Origin: a virus
Length of the DNA: 64,000 bases
Direction: 5' to 3' (one strand)
Virus record (IMG/VR): IMGVR_UViG_3300021087_000009
Coordinates: 11,252-75,251 of that record
The notes beneath the pieces are model-generated. The model saw nothing but the letters and a program-made list of their open reading frames with translations. It was not told the origin of the DNA and ran no database searches. Within the stretch, counting starts at the first letter, position 1; each line of letters opens with the position of its first letter. Below, one piece after another: positions 9,265 to 19,521 of this stretch. Both the position numbers and the translations under genes were made by a program.

Positions 9265-11154
9265 TTATGGTTTATCTACTTCTTCAAATTCTGCATCAAC
9301 GATATCTTCTTTTTTATCTTCTGATTTAGAATCTTCAGATTTAGTTTCTTCCTGTTGACTCTTATATATAGCTTCTCCAAGTTTCATAGATGCTTCACTT
9401 AGACTTTGGGTTTTTGCTTTAATCACTTCAGCATCAGTACCTTTAAGTGCTTCTTTTAAATCATTAATTGCTGTTCCGATAGCAGTTTTATCTTCATCTG
9501 ATATCTTATCGCTATGTTCTTCTAATGATTTTTCGGTAGCAAAAACAAGTCCGTCAGCACTATTTCTAGCATCAACTTCTTCACGTTTCTTTGTATCTGC
9601 TTCTTTATTGGCTTCTGCATCTTTTACCATGCTTTCAATTTCGGAATCGCTTAGTCCGCCTGATGCTTGGATTTGGATTGATTGTTCCTTACCTGTTCCT
9701 TTGTCTTTTGCAGAAACATTTACTATTCCATTTGCATCAATATCAAATGTTACTTCGATTTGAGGTACACCTCTTGGTGCTGGTGGAATATCGTTCAAGT
9801 CAAAATTTCCTAATAGCTTATTATCTGCGGCCATTTGTCGTTCACCTTGTGTAACTTTAATAGTAACAGATGGTTGATTATTTTCAGCAGTTGAAAACGT
9901 TTGACTTTTCTTTGTAGGAATTGTTGTATTCTTTTCTATAAGTGGTGTAGTTACACCGCCTAGTGTTTCAATACCTAGTGATAACGGTGTTACATCTAAT
10001 AGTAGAACATCTGTTACATCGCCTTGAAGTACTCCGCCTTGAATAGCGGCTCCTATAGCAACTACTTCGTCTGGATTAACACTTTTATTTGGTGCTTTGC
10101 CAAAAAACTTTTCAACAACTTCAAGTACTTTAGGCATTCTTGTCATTCCACCAACCATAACTACTTCATTAATTTGATTAGCTTTGTATCCAGAATCTTT
10201 AAGAGCTGTTCTACATGGTTCAAGTGTACGTTGAATTAGTTTTTCAACCATTGCTTCGTAATTAGCTCGTGTAATTTTTACGTTTAAGTGCTTAGGCCCA
10301 CTAGCATCAGCAGTAATAAACGGTAAATTAACTTCTGTAGCTACAGTTGACGAAAGTTCAATTTTAGCTTTCTCTGCCGCTTCTTTTAGGCGTTGCATTA
10401 CTAGTTTATCTTGTAGTAGTTCAATACCTGATTCTTTTTTAAATTCACTCGCAATATAATCAATTAATGCTTTATCAAAGTCTTCACCACCTAAGGCAGT
10501 ATCGCCATTAGTTGCTTTAACTTCAAATACTCCATCTCCAATTTCTAGGATTGATACATCAAATGTACCGCCACCTAAATCATATACTGCAATTACGCCT
10601 GATTCTTTTTTATCTAATCCATAAGCAAGTGCGGCCGCTGTTGGCTCGTTAACAATACGTTCAACTTCAAGCCCTGCAATTTTACCTGCATCTTTAGTTG
10701 CTTGTCTTTGTGAATCATTAAAATATGCTGGAACTGTAATTACTGCTTTTGTAACTGGTGATCCTGTATATTTTTCTGCTGTTTCTTTCATTTTTTGCAA
10801 TGTAAAAGCAGAAATCTGTGATGGTGAATATTCTTTATCTTTTAACTTAACCCATGCATCGCCATTCTTAGCTTTAACAATTTTATATGGTGAATTTTTA
10901 ATATCTTCTTTAAGACTTGGATCATTAAATTTTCTACCCATTAAACGTTTAATTGCAAAAACAGTATTTTCTGGATTTGATACTGCTTGTCTTTTTGCGG
11001 CTGAACCAACAAGTTGTCCTTCGTCAGTTACTCCTACAATTGAAGGTGTTGTTCTTGTACCTTCTTCGTTCTCTACGACTTTACCTTCACTACCTTGCAT
11101 AAGTGCTATACATGAATTGGTCGTGCCTAAGTCGATTCCAATAATTTTACTCAT
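9265..11154 (-). CDS. dnaK: Hsp70 chaperone DnaK
   Basis: [33 protein letters not shown]-terminus. Confidence 0.98.
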   Translation of the reverse strand: MSKIIGIDLGTTNSCIALMQGSEGKVVENEEGTRTTPSIVGVTDEGQLVGSAAKRQAVSNPENTVFAIKRLMGRKFNDPSLKEDIKNSPYKIVKAKNGDAWVKLKDKEYSPSQISAFTLQKMKETAEKYTGSPVTKAVITVPAYFNDSQRQATKDAGKIAGLEVERIVNEPTAAALAYGLDKKESGVIAVYDLGGGTFDVSILEIGDGVFEVKATNGDTALGGEDFDKALIDYIASEFKKESGIELLQDKLVMQRLKEAAEKAKIELSSTVATEVNLPFITADASGPKHLNVKITRANYEAMVEKLIQRTLEPCRTALKDSGYKANQINEVVMVGGMTRMPKVLEVVEKFFGKAPNKSVNPDEVVAIGAAIQGGVLQGDVTDVLLLDVTPLSLGIETLGGVTTPLIEKNTTIPTKKSQTFSTAENNQPSVTIKVTQGERQMAADNKLLGNFDLNDIPPAPRGVPQIEVTFDIDANGIVNVSAKDKGTGKEQSIQIQASGGLSDSEIESMVKDAEANKEADTKKREEVDARNSADGLVFATEKSLEEHSDKISDEDKTAIGTAINDLKEALKGTDAEVIKAKTQSLSEASMKLGEAIYKSQQEETKSEDSKSEDKKEDIVDAEFEEVDKP

Positions 11155-11177
11155 AGTTCTTTTCTCCCGTTATTAAA

Positions 11178-11212
11178 ACTGGGTGCGAACTAAATTCTAA
11201 TCCGCACCCAAT
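11178..11212 (-). terminator. hairpin/terminator between hsp20 and dnaK
   Basis: TGGGTGCGG...TCGCACCCA stem followed by TTTT on the minus strand. Confidence 0.6.
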
Positions 11213-11215
11213 ATT

Positions 11216-11677
11216 TTATTTTATTGTAATTGTTCTTGGTTTTTTGTTTTCTGGAATTATACGTTCTAATGTTACACGTAAAAGTCCATCCTTTAATTCA
11301 GCGCCTTTAATTTCTACATCATCAGCAATCGTAAAGGACTTTGAAAAGAACCTTTTAGAAATACCTTTGTGTAGAACACCGCCATTAATATCTTCTTGAT
11401 CAGTCTTAGCTTGAGCATTAGTATTAGATTTAACTGTTAGCATACCATCTTCGTATGCAACATCAATATCCTTTTTACTAAAGCCAGCCAAAGCTAATTC
11501 AAGATCGTAGGTGTAATCACCTGTCTTTACAATATTGTATGGTGGATAGTTGGCGTTACCATTAAAGAAATGATCGTCTCCCATCATTTTTTCAAAATGA
11601 TCGAATACGTTATCAAAACCAATTGTAACGGGTCTTAGTTGATTAAAGAGTGATAGGGGTGTTAATTGTCTAGTCAT
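11216..11677 (-). CDS. small heat-shock protein Hsp20/IbpA
   Basis: NYPPYNI, ALAGF, LHKGIS.R.F, GLLRV; start MTRQ after AAGGAG. Confidence 0.93.
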   Translation of the reverse strand: MTRQLTPLSLFNQLRPVTIGFDNVFDHFEKMMGDDHFFNGNANYPPYNIVKTGDYTYDLELALAGFSKKDIDVAYEDGMLTVKSNTNAQAKTDQEDINGGVLHKGISKRFFSKSFTIADDVEIKGAELKDGLLRVTLERIIPENKKPRTITIK

Positions 11678-11810
11678 AGCTTTTTCTCCTTTTATTAAGC
11701 AAGTTAAATGTAAAAGTCCCTCTATCGGCAACTCTTACAACGTATGTATTTATCATCTTAGTATATAATATAAGCACTTTTAGGCTAAAATGCAAGTATA
11801 AATCTAACCA

Positions 11811-12860
11811 TTATACATTAAATGGCGTAAAAACATTGTTTACTTGTTGATTTACTCTTACAAACGTAGTACATTTACACATATCTTTAATACGTCTTGC
11901 TCCAATATATGTACAAGTACTACGAACTCCGCCTAGTATTTCTATTAGGGTATCGTTAACAGGACCTTTATGGGGAATACTTACAACTTTGCCTTCAGCA
12001 CCACGATATCCATCTTTTCTTGATCCATGAATTCGCATAGCCGCATCTGAACTCATTCCGTAAAATTCTACTTTGCCGTCTACAATTTCACCTTCTGATT
12101 CATCATGACCTGCTAACATTCCACCTAACATTACAAAGTGTGCTCCAGCACCAAATGCCTTAGATACGTCACCTGGGTGTACGCATCCACCATCAGCAAT
12201 TACGTGTCCACCAATACCATTGGCCGCATCAGCACATTCAATAATTCCAGATAACTGTGGAACACCAACACCTGTTTGTAATCGTGTAGTGCATACTGAT
12301 CCTGGACCAATTCCACACTTAATAACATCTGCACCACGTAATAGTAATTCTTCTGTCATTTCACCAGTAATAACATTACCAGCAATTATAGTTTTGTCAG
12401 GATATTCGTCACGTAGTCTTGCAACAAAGTCTCCGTAATTTTCATGATATCCATTTGCAACATCTACACAAATAAAAGGTATATCAGGATACTTAGATAA
12501 TACTGTTTTCATTGTTAGATAGTCAGGTGCTTCTGGATCCCATATAACACCTGTACCGGTACAAACACTTAGGTATTTCATTTTTACACCGTTACCGATT
12601 GCTTTTTCCCAGTCATCAATATTATAATGTTTACGAAGTACTGTAATCATTTGGTGCTCTTGTAGTACTTTTGCCATTTCAAATGTACCTACACCATCCA
12701 TGTTTGACGACATAATAGGAATACCAGACCATTCTTTACCGCTGTTTAAAAATTTAAACGATCTTTGTAACTCCACGTCTCTTCGACTTGTTAGTGTACT
12801 TCTTTTTGGTTTAAATAAAACATCACTATAGTCTAGTTTAATGTCCTGATCAATTCTCAT
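11811..12860 (-). CDS. guaC: GMP reductase
   Basis: LDYSDVL.PKRSTL.SR, DVANGY, GIGPGSVCTTR, FYGMSS. Confidence 0.93.
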   Translation of the reverse strand: MRIDQDIKLDYSDVLFKPKRSTLTSRRDVELQRSFKFLNSGKEWSGIPIMSSNMDGVGTFEMAKVLQEHQMITVLRKHYNIDDWEKAIGNGVKMKYLSVCTGTGVIWDPEAPDYLTMKTVLSKYPDIPFICVDVANGYHENYGDFVARLRDEYPDKTIIAGNVITGEMTEELLLRGADVIKCGIGPGSVCTTRLQTGVGVPQLSGIIECADAANGIGGHVIADGGCVHPGDVSKAFGAGAHFVMLGGMLAGHDESEGEIVDGKVEFYGMSSDAAMRIHGSRKDGYRGAEGKVVSIPHKGPVNDTLIEILGGVRSTCTYIGARRIKDMCKCTTFVRVNQQVNNVFTPFNV

Positions 12861-13435
12861 TGTTTAACTCCGTAATTAAATGATACTACAAGACGATTTT
12901 TATCGCTATTGTTCATTGTTGTTGCATGTTTAATCCAGCTTGGAAAGATTAGCATTAATCCTGCTTGAGGTTTATATGTTGCTAATTTTGTTGTAATATT
13001 ATTGTATAGATCTAATGTAGGCAAGTAGTAACTTGATTCATCATCTCTAAAAAACTGTACGTCACCCATATTATCTTCTGGTATATTAACAAAAAATAGT
13101 CCACTTAATAGTGAGCCAGGATTATTATGTTGCGTATTATATGTTCCTGGTCCGCCATCATGAAGACGAAATTCTTTTAACGCAACTGCTGGGAATCCTA
13201 TACTTTTGCATACATGATCTACAGCTTTATCAAGTTCTGATTGGAAAGCTCCCATCATTAGTTTTTTGTCAAGCTCTAAGTCGTCAAAATTAGACATAGC
13301 TTCACTGCACCATTCATTAGAGTTATCATCTCCTTTTAAATTAGACGCAGTTACTTTTAAGAAGTCTAAATTTATATCTTCATTTATTCCTGCAAAGATT
13401 ATACTAGGAAACCATAGATCAGCTTTTAGTTCCAT
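12857..13435 (-). CDS. TIGR02466-like 2OG-Fe(II) oxygenase
   Basis: LSGLFFV, LIFPSWIKH, RLVVSFN. Confidence 0.75.
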   Translation of the reverse strand: MELKADLWFPSIIFAGINEDINLDFLKVTASNLKGDDNSNEWCSEAMSNFDDLELDKKLMMGAFQSELDKAVDHVCKSIGFPAVALKEFRLHDGGPGTYNTQHNNPGSLLSGLFFVNIPEDNMGDVQFFRDDESSYYLPTLDLYNNITTKLATYKPQAGLMLIFPSWIKHATTMNNSDKNRLVVSFNYGVKQ

Positions 13436-13678
13436 TTACCAGCCTACCTTTTCTTGACGAGCTTTTATCATTTTTTCATATCTTGCTTTGCCGACCGCTT
13501 TAGCTTTTGCACGTTTTTCACTAGGCTTAGTATAAAATTGTCTTTCTTTTAATTCATTCATTAAGCCATCTTCTATAATTTTCTTTTTGAGTTTCCTAAG
13601 AGCACCTTCTACGTTTCCGTTTTTAACAAAGACTTCTAAACCTTTGCCTTGTGGATAGCTATTGTTGTTCTTTCGCAA
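13436..13678 (-). CDS. rpsU: ribosomal protein bS21
   Basis: V.V.NGNVEGALRKLKKK...ELKERQFYTKPSEKR. Confidence 0.9.
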   Translation of the reverse strand: MRKNNNSYPQGKGLEVFVKNGNVEGALRKLKKKIIEDGLMNELKERQFYTKPSEKRAKAKAVGKARYEKMIKARQEKVGW

Positions 13679-14072
13679 AATAATTTACTCCTTCAGCAAT
13701 TTGCTTAATGTCAAACACTCTATTACTGTTTAATATATTATAAGCTCTAAGTGGGTGTGATGTCAAGTAGTATGTTTTATCAAAAGATAAAATATGTCCT
13801 ACTAACCATTCTAGATTTTTAATATTATCAATATCGAGAATAACATAATCTACTATGTGTACAATGTCGAGCAACCAATCTACATCTGTATCGCCATATC
13901 CTGATTCAGGATATTCTTCGTAAAGGTATAAGTTTACTGGCCGCTTAACTTTCTTTATTACTTCATTAAATTGTTCTTTAGTAATAACGCTAGGGTTAAT
14001 TAAAAGAAAACTTAATTCGGATGAATGTACTTTATCTGGTGATGTAATTAGCTTAATAGTTGGGTTTGCCAT
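13659..14072 (-). CDS. hypothetical phage protein
   Basis: 137-aa ORF, TAAGTA upstream. Confidence 0.6.
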   Translation of the reverse strand: MANPTIKLITSPDKVHSSELSFLLINPSVITKEQFNEVIKKVKRPVNLYLYEEYPESGYGDTDVDWLLDIVHIVDYVILDIDNIKNLEWLVGHILSFDKTYYLTSHPLRAYNILNSNRVFDIKQIAEGVNYFAKEQQ

Positions 14073-14159
14073 ATCGTAATTACTTATTAGAATTTATTTT
14101 GTTCCAAACAGAATCTTGGTTCTGTTCAGAATTTTGAATGTATTGTTGATTTGGTTCAA

Positions 14160-16142
14160 TTACTTCTGTGTATCTTCCGGTAATTCCCGTGTCGTCTGCT
14201 TTGTTTGTTTGTTGCTCACCTTTGTGTAGTAGTTTGTGCTTTCGAACTTTTTTTTTTGATCTTCTTCTTCCGCCGCCTTGTTTGCATTGTCAATAAAGTC
14301 GTTCCATTTATCTACACTATCAACTTCTTCCATTGCTTCGTCTAATTCAGTAGTAATTGGTTCTAACTCGTCTTGCATTGTTTCTGATTCTGTTTTTACT
14401 TGCTTCATACTTTGGTAATCTCCTTCCCAAGGAAAGTCTTCAATCTTACCATTAAGATATGCAATCTTTTGTGTTTTAATTGTATCTTTGGGATGGTCTT
14501 CTTTCCATCGTGCTTTAGCTTTCTTCCAATCTTCATCATTAGCATCTAGTTTTCTGATCTCTGATTTTGATAGCTTAGGTTGAAATACTGGCTCAGGTTC
14601 AGTTAATGGTAATTCTAGTTGTGTTTCTTCTTCATTAATTTTTTCTAGTGCTTCTTCGACTTCTTCTTTAGAAATGTTATGCTCATCAGTTTCTTCAGTT
14701 GTTGGTTCCATATCATATGCTACTTCATCTTCGTCAAATGAGTCTTGTTTTTCAGAAAAATCAAATTCCATTTGTCTAGGATCTACATAATTTTCTTCTT
14801 CTGGTTCGTCCAATGGTAATTCTAGTTGTTCAGGTTCATGACTTAAATTTTTAGGAAGCTCAAGGTATTCTTTCTCTTCTTTATCATCAGTTATTGGTGT
14901 ATCGTACATCCAATCCTGGTCTGAGATCTGTGGAAAGGAATTAGAATCGTCCTTTGGGTCGTCATCTGGATCTGGACCTTCATCATCGGGTCCTTCGTCA
15001 TTAGGATCGTCATCCTTAGGATCTGGACTTAGAAGAAGTTTTTCTTTTCTAAATTGGAATGTATATTGACTTGCTATTAGTAATAGTACTGCTAATGGAT
15101 CGAATACAAATATTATAACAATAATAACCCAACGAACAGCTCTTTCTAATAAATCTGCATCAGATTCTTGTCCGTAAATAAATTCAGCAATATATTTAAT
15201 AGGTCCTACGTCTGCTTCTAATTGTCTAAATTGTTTTTCAAAAACTGCTTTTTCTTCTCTAGCATTATCTACTTTAACTTGCTCTTTGTCTATAAATGCT
15301 TCTAAGTCTGTTATACGTCCGTCAATGTCTTCTGTTTTTGCGTTAGCTTGACTACGAAGTTTTTGGATACGATCATTAATAGATTTAATCTCTTCTGCAT
15401 AACGAGAATCAATCGCTATTAATGTTTCATTTAATCTTTTATTAATATTTCGAATTTCACGTTGGGCTGAACTGGCAACAGATAATTCATTTGCTTTAGC
15501 TTCTTCTACTGCTTTATCATACTGATCGCCGCCACCAAATGTTGAATCTTCTAGTCTATCTTTTGCGGCCTTAATATCTTGGAATTTACGTAATTGAGCT
15601 TGTTTTAGTCTTTCATTTTGGAGTTCAATTTCTGTTGCTGTAACTTTTTTAGCTGAGTCCTTTTCTTCATTAATTCTTTTATATAGTTTATCTAATTCTG
15701 CTTGTTCTTTTTCAATTAACGTATCTACCCGAATATCTTCGCCTTTCATTAAGCGATCAATTTCGTCAGTCCAGCGAGTTACTTTTGCTTGTGAACGTAT
15801 TAGTTTATCGTTGATTGTTTCAATTTGAGCTGTTTGCTCTATGCTCATGCTTGTTTGTTCAATATGGGCTTTGGATAGATAACCAAAGATACCCATTGAA
15901 GTAATGAACATTAAAATAACTACGGCAATAGCAAGATAAGTTTTTAACCACCAAACTGCTTGATCCCAATAACGATGAAGCCAAACAGCAGTAACTAGTT
16001 TACCAACTTCTAATGATACACCCATGATAATAATGGGTACGACAGCCGCCGCAAAAATTGCCGCCAATCCGGCGACACTATAGTAAATTGCTACTGCACT
16101 AATCGTTAATGCAGACAAGAATGTTAGAATTGCTAAAAACAT
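14160..16142 (-). CDS. membrane-anchored coiled-coil protein with acidic tail
   Basis: N-terminal TM helices, long coiled coil, IFVFDPLAVLLL TM segment, D/E-rich C-terminus. Confidence 0.75.
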   Translation of the reverse strand: MFLAILTFLSALTISAVAIYYSVAGLAAIFAAAVVPIIIMGVSLEVGKLVTAVWLHRYWDQAVWWLKTYLAIAVVILMFITSMGIFGYLSKAHIEQTSMSIEQTAQIETINDKLIRSQAKVTRWTDEIDRLMKGEDIRVDTLIEKEQAELDKLYKRINEEKDSAKKVTATEIELQNERLKQAQLRKFQDIKAAKDRLEDSTFGGGDQYDKAVEEAKANELSVASSAQREIRNINKRLNETLIAIDSRYAEEIKSINDRIQKLRSQANAKTEDIDGRITDLEAFIDKEQVKVDNAREEKAVFEKQFRQLEADVGPIKYIAEFIYGQESDADLLERAVRWVIIVIIFVFDPLAVLLLIASQYTFQFRKEKLLLSPDPKDDDPNDEGPDDEGPDPDDDPKDDSNSFPQISDQDWMYDTPITDDKEEKEYLELPKNLSHEPEQLELPLDEPEEENYVDPRQMEFDFSEKQDSFDEDEVAYDMEPTTEETDEHNISKEEVEEALEKINEEETQLELPLTEPEPVFQPKLSKSEIRKLDANDEDWKKAKARWKEDHPKDTIKTQKIAYLNGKIEDFPWEGDYQSMKQVKTESETMQDELEPITTELDEAMEEVDSVDKWNDFIDNANKAAEEEDQKKKFESTNYYTKVSNKQTKQTTRELPEDTQK

Positions 16143-16224
16143 TTGTTCTCCCTATACTACTAGGGAGACCACTCTCCCCAATACTATATTTATCTGTGGG
16201 ATTAAACGTAATAATATGGTTAGA

Positions 16225-16674
16225 TTACTGTTTAATAAACCGCCAGCCTCTATGTCCTGTTTCTTTACACGCTGTTTCCTTAAAATCACGCATTTTACCC
16301 TTGTATTGTAGTCTAGATAGTACAGTTCTACAATATCCACTCCCCATTGGAAATGTTGACATAACTGTTATTGTACCAGTTGTTCCTGTGTTGTTATTAT
16401 ACCAATTAGATGATTCACCGTTGTCAATATTATCTAAGGCAAAGTAGATAGCTTGTTCTTGTTGCTGTCTATCTTCATCAGGTAGTCTGTACCATTGCCA
16501 TTTAGTAAAATTGGCTATAAGACCTACATAGCTATCAGCTGGTTGATATGTTGATTGTACACTAGAAACTGTACTTGTACTAGTATCGTACGTTCTTTTA
16601 GAACCACCGCTTGTACAAGCAGTCAAACTAGTTATGATAAGGAGACTGCACAATATACCATCGCGAAGTTTCAT
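16225..16674 (-). CDS. lipoprotein, 17-kDa surface-antigen-like
   Basis: LTAC lipobox; WYN..TG.G, YCR, AC...W motifs. Confidence 0.7.
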   Translation of the reverse strand: MKLRDGILCSLLIITSLTACTSGGSKRTYDTSTSTVSSVQSTYQPADSYVGLIANFTKWQWYRLPDEDRQQQEQAIYFALDNIDNGESSNWYNNNTGTTGTITVMSTFPMGSGYCRTVLSRLQYKGKMRDFKETACKETGHRGWRFIKQ

Positions 16675-16999
16675 AGTCTTTTCCTTTCATTAAACAGGCG
16701 TATCCTATCCGATCAACACTTCGTCCACCCAATTGTGAAGTATATATAAACGATCGACATTGTTTTCCTACACCCATTTTAGGTGGTAGAAGTTTTTTAA
16801 CTGCATTATCAGTACATTTAGTTACTTGCACTGAATCCAACTTGCCGTTCTTTTCAACTATAACTTTATCGTTTTCACAATATTGGTGACCAGCTTCTTC
16901 TAGTGTAAGTTTTTTAGTAGAGCTACACGCATTTACTAAAATACATACCGTACTGATGAGTAGTAATTTATAAAATGGGTTGTCCATTATAAACTCCAA
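16628..16999 (-). CDS. putative lipoprotein
   Basis: VNAC lipobox, paired cysteines. Confidence 0.6.
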   Translation of the reverse strand: MEFIMDNPFYKLLLISTVCILVNACSSTKKLTLEEAGHQYCENDKVIVEKNGKLDSVQVTKCTDNAVKKLLPPKMGVGKQCRSFIYTSQLGGRSVDRIGYACLMKGKDYETSRWYIVQSPYHN

Positions 17000-17041
17000 T
17001 TAAAGTTAGAATTATATTATGAAATAGATAAGAGTCTAACA

Positions 17042-17611
17042 TTAGTCTATGCTTTTAGCTGACTTGTTAATACTATTAGTATCTATTTTGGTACTCTTAG
17101 CCTTAGCTTCAGTTACCAACGAATCAATAATACTCTTCTCAACTTTAACCATTACAAAATAATGATATACACCATTTCTTTTATATAAGTAGCCGTCGTT
17201 TTGAGAGTAGTGTCTTACTGCGGTATCGGTAATTTTGTTAACGATAAGCATCTGACTTTGAGTTGAACTTGTTAGTGATTCCTCACTACCAGCATCGTTA
17301 TACTCAATAGTAGTTCGCTTGTTAACTTCACCGTTAATTCGATCAGCAATTTTGGTTTTTGCTATTTGTGTAGCTTTATCATAAGCCGCTTCTTTAAAGC
17401 CACTTACTGATCCACCACAAGCATAGTAGTAATCTTTACTCCACCAAAAATAACCTTCTGATCCGGTGTCTTTACAGTTCATGTACCAATTTGGTACAAC
17501 ATCGTTTTCACGTTCTACAACGTGTGTTACTGTACTACAGGCAGAAATGGTTAATGCTAATGCACCACACATTAATGCTGTTTTTAGATTGCCTTTCATT
17601 TTAGCCTCCAT
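17042..17611 (-). CDS. LPP20-like lipoprotein
   Basis: ISAC lipobox, VPNWY, AKTKIADRING. Confidence 0.65.
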   Translation of the reverse strand: MEAKMKGNLKTALMCGALALTISACSTVTHVVERENDVVPNWYMNCKDTGSEGYFWWSKDYYYACGGSVSGFKEAAYDKATQIAKTKIADRINGEVNKRTTIEYNDAGSEESLTSSTQSQMLIVNKITDTAVRHYSQNDGYLYKRNGVYHYFVMVKVEKSIIDSLVTEAKAKSTKIDTNSINKSAKSID

Positions 17612-17748
17612 AAGGTAGTTTTCATTATGTAAACATTATAACAAACATTTTTCCAAAGGTCAAGCATAAAATAAAAAAAGGTTTACCAAAATATTGGATA
17701 TTGGTATGGTTGTCATAACTTTCATCATGTAAGTATAATACACTATAC

Positions 17749-18558
17749 TTAGATAGAAGTCAACCTTCGTTTCGCCAATTTCAAACAACTAAATTTTTCA
17801 AGTATTTTAATAACAATAAAGGTAGGATCAATTTCAAATGCTTTAACTCTGTTATTAGCACGTTTTGGATCTGCATGATGATTATTATGCCAACCTTCGC
17901 CATAACTTAATATTGCACTCCACCAACAGTTTGTAGATCTATCAAAATCTAATTTAAAGTTTTTATATCCAAATATATGACAAGCACTATTAACAAACCA
18001 AGTAGAATGGTAAACTAATACTAAGCGAACAAATATTCCCCATACTACCCAAGATACTCCACCAAGTAGATAAAAAAGAATTGCCAATCCGATTTGTAAT
18101 GATATAAATTGTTTTTCTAAAAATTGATAATAACGGTTACCACTTATGTCTCTAGCAAATTTAGTTATTCTCGCAGGATGATCAAATTTATGTTGAGTAT
18201 AGCACATCCACCCTATGTGTGACCACCAAAAGCCTTCACTAGCATTATGTGGATCCATTAAAGTATCTGATCCTCCATGATGCATTCTATGATGAGCTAC
18301 CCACTTAATTGGACCATTTTGACAAGCCAATGTTCCAATAGTTATAATAATATAATCTAACCATTTTGGAAGTATTACTGCTCGGTGTGTTAAGTATCGA
18401 TGAAATCCTAAACATATTCCAACTGAAGCTGTGAGCCAATGCATAAAGATCATTAAGGCTACTGCACTCCAACAGAAAGTACTAGGAATAAAGGCTAAAA
18501 GTGCGCCTAGGTGAATGAATATAAAAAATGCTATTACAGTCTTATTTGATCTTCGCAT
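17749..18558 (-). CDS. delta-9 fatty acid desaturase
   Basis: His boxes HRYLTH, HRMHH, HNNHH; GEGWHNNHH. Confidence 0.92.
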   Translation of the reverse strand: MRRSNKTVIAFFIFIHLGALLAFIPSTFCWSAVALMIFMHWLTASVGICLGFHRYLTHRAVILPKWLDYIIITIGTLACQNGPIKWVAHHRMHHGGSDTLMDPHNASEGFWWSHIGWMCYTQHKFDHPARITKFARDISGNRYYQFLEKQFISLQIGLAILFYLLGGVSWVVWGIFVRLVLVYHSTWFVNSACHIFGYKNFKLDFDRSTNCWWSAILSYGEGWHNNHHADPKRANNRVKAFEIDPTFIVIKILEKFSCLKLAKRRLTSI

Positions 18559-18561
18559 ATA

Positions 18562-19119
18562 TTAATTTTGGCGATAGAAAAGATGCAATCCTATTCGGCC
18601 TTTTTTCTCAAAACGTTTATTCCATTCAGGATGAACGTATGGTGCGTGATAATGTGTTGCATTATCGCTTATACCTCGTAGATAACCTTTGGTAAAGATT
18701 TTGTATGCAAGTTCTTGAATGTTACGCCAGTCTTTACCATCCTTGTTAAGAATGATATCTGGTTTGCCATCACACCACCAACTGAACTGGCACATATTAC
18801 GAACAGGATTATATACCCGTTCTTCGTCCGAAACTTCTTTACCTTTAGTCCTCCAACTTTCTTGTGTTAGACCTTGTCTAACAACTTCACAGATTGTATT
18901 GGGAAACCTAGTATCAGCTACTCTATTAAGTACCACGTCGGCAACTGCCGCTCTACCGGCAAGGTTATCCGGGTGTGACTCCCAATAAATGTTTTCTGCT
19001 AAACAATATAGTTCTGGCTCTTGTTCTTGTGTATATAACTCTGCGGCATACACGTTGCTAACTAACAATGTAGCAATAAACAAAAAACCTACGCATAGTT
19101 TTTTAAGACATAGTTTCAT
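18562..19119 (-). CDS. SleB-like cell wall hydrolase
   Basis: CLAENIYWE, VVLNRV..FPNTICEVV, CQFSW, ATHYHA, IGLHLFY. Confidence 0.9.
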   Translation of the reverse strand: MKLCLKKLCVGFLFIATLLVSNVYAAELYTQEQEPELYCLAENIYWESHPDNLAGRAAVADVVLNRVADTRFPNTICEVVRQGLTQESWRTKGKEVSDEERVYNPVRNMCQFSWWCDGKPDIILNKDGKDWRNIQELAYKIFTKGYLRGISDNATHYHAPYVHPEWNKRFEKKGRIGLHLFYRQN

Positions 19120-19195
19120 GTTAATGTCCTTTATTCTATCTAGACGATTGTATTTAATTGGTTTTTTAGTAAAATTTATATGCTAATATAAAGCA

Positions 19196-19519
19196 CTAAC
19201 TGTCAAAATCGGTATACAAGCTATATTTTGCTGTTAATTCCTGAAGTAACCCAGGTTGTGCCTTTATTGGCTTAATGGTTACAAGATATCTAACAGGCAG
19301 TTGATGCCAATATCCTTTAAGTGTTTTACAGTTAGGAGCTTCAGAGTGATTATAAAATGCCCCTAATGCTGTTCTAATATAACCATGCGGGAAATTTTTA
19401 TTAGCAATGTGTACAATACCGAGAACTGTATTTGCCTCAAAGTCTTTTGTTGCGAATAAGCCTAAGCCTTGTACATCTGAAGAACTAATTGTTAAGCCAT
19501 CCGGCAACGGTCTATACAT
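19196..19519 (-). CDS. SET-domain protein
   Basis: GLGLFA, FYNHS..PNC, ELT..Y. Confidence 0.85.
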   Translation of the reverse strand: MYRPLPDGLTISSSDVQGLGLFATKDFEANTVLGIVHIANKNFPHGYIRTALGAFYNHSEAPNCKTLKGYWHQLPVRYLVTIKPIKAQPGLLQELTAKYSLYTDFDS

Positions 19520-19521
19520 AT

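Noticed and set aside
12857-13435. HNNP in place of the HxH/D iron motif in the 2OG oxygenase
   Set aside because: I cannot tell inactivation from family variation without an alignment
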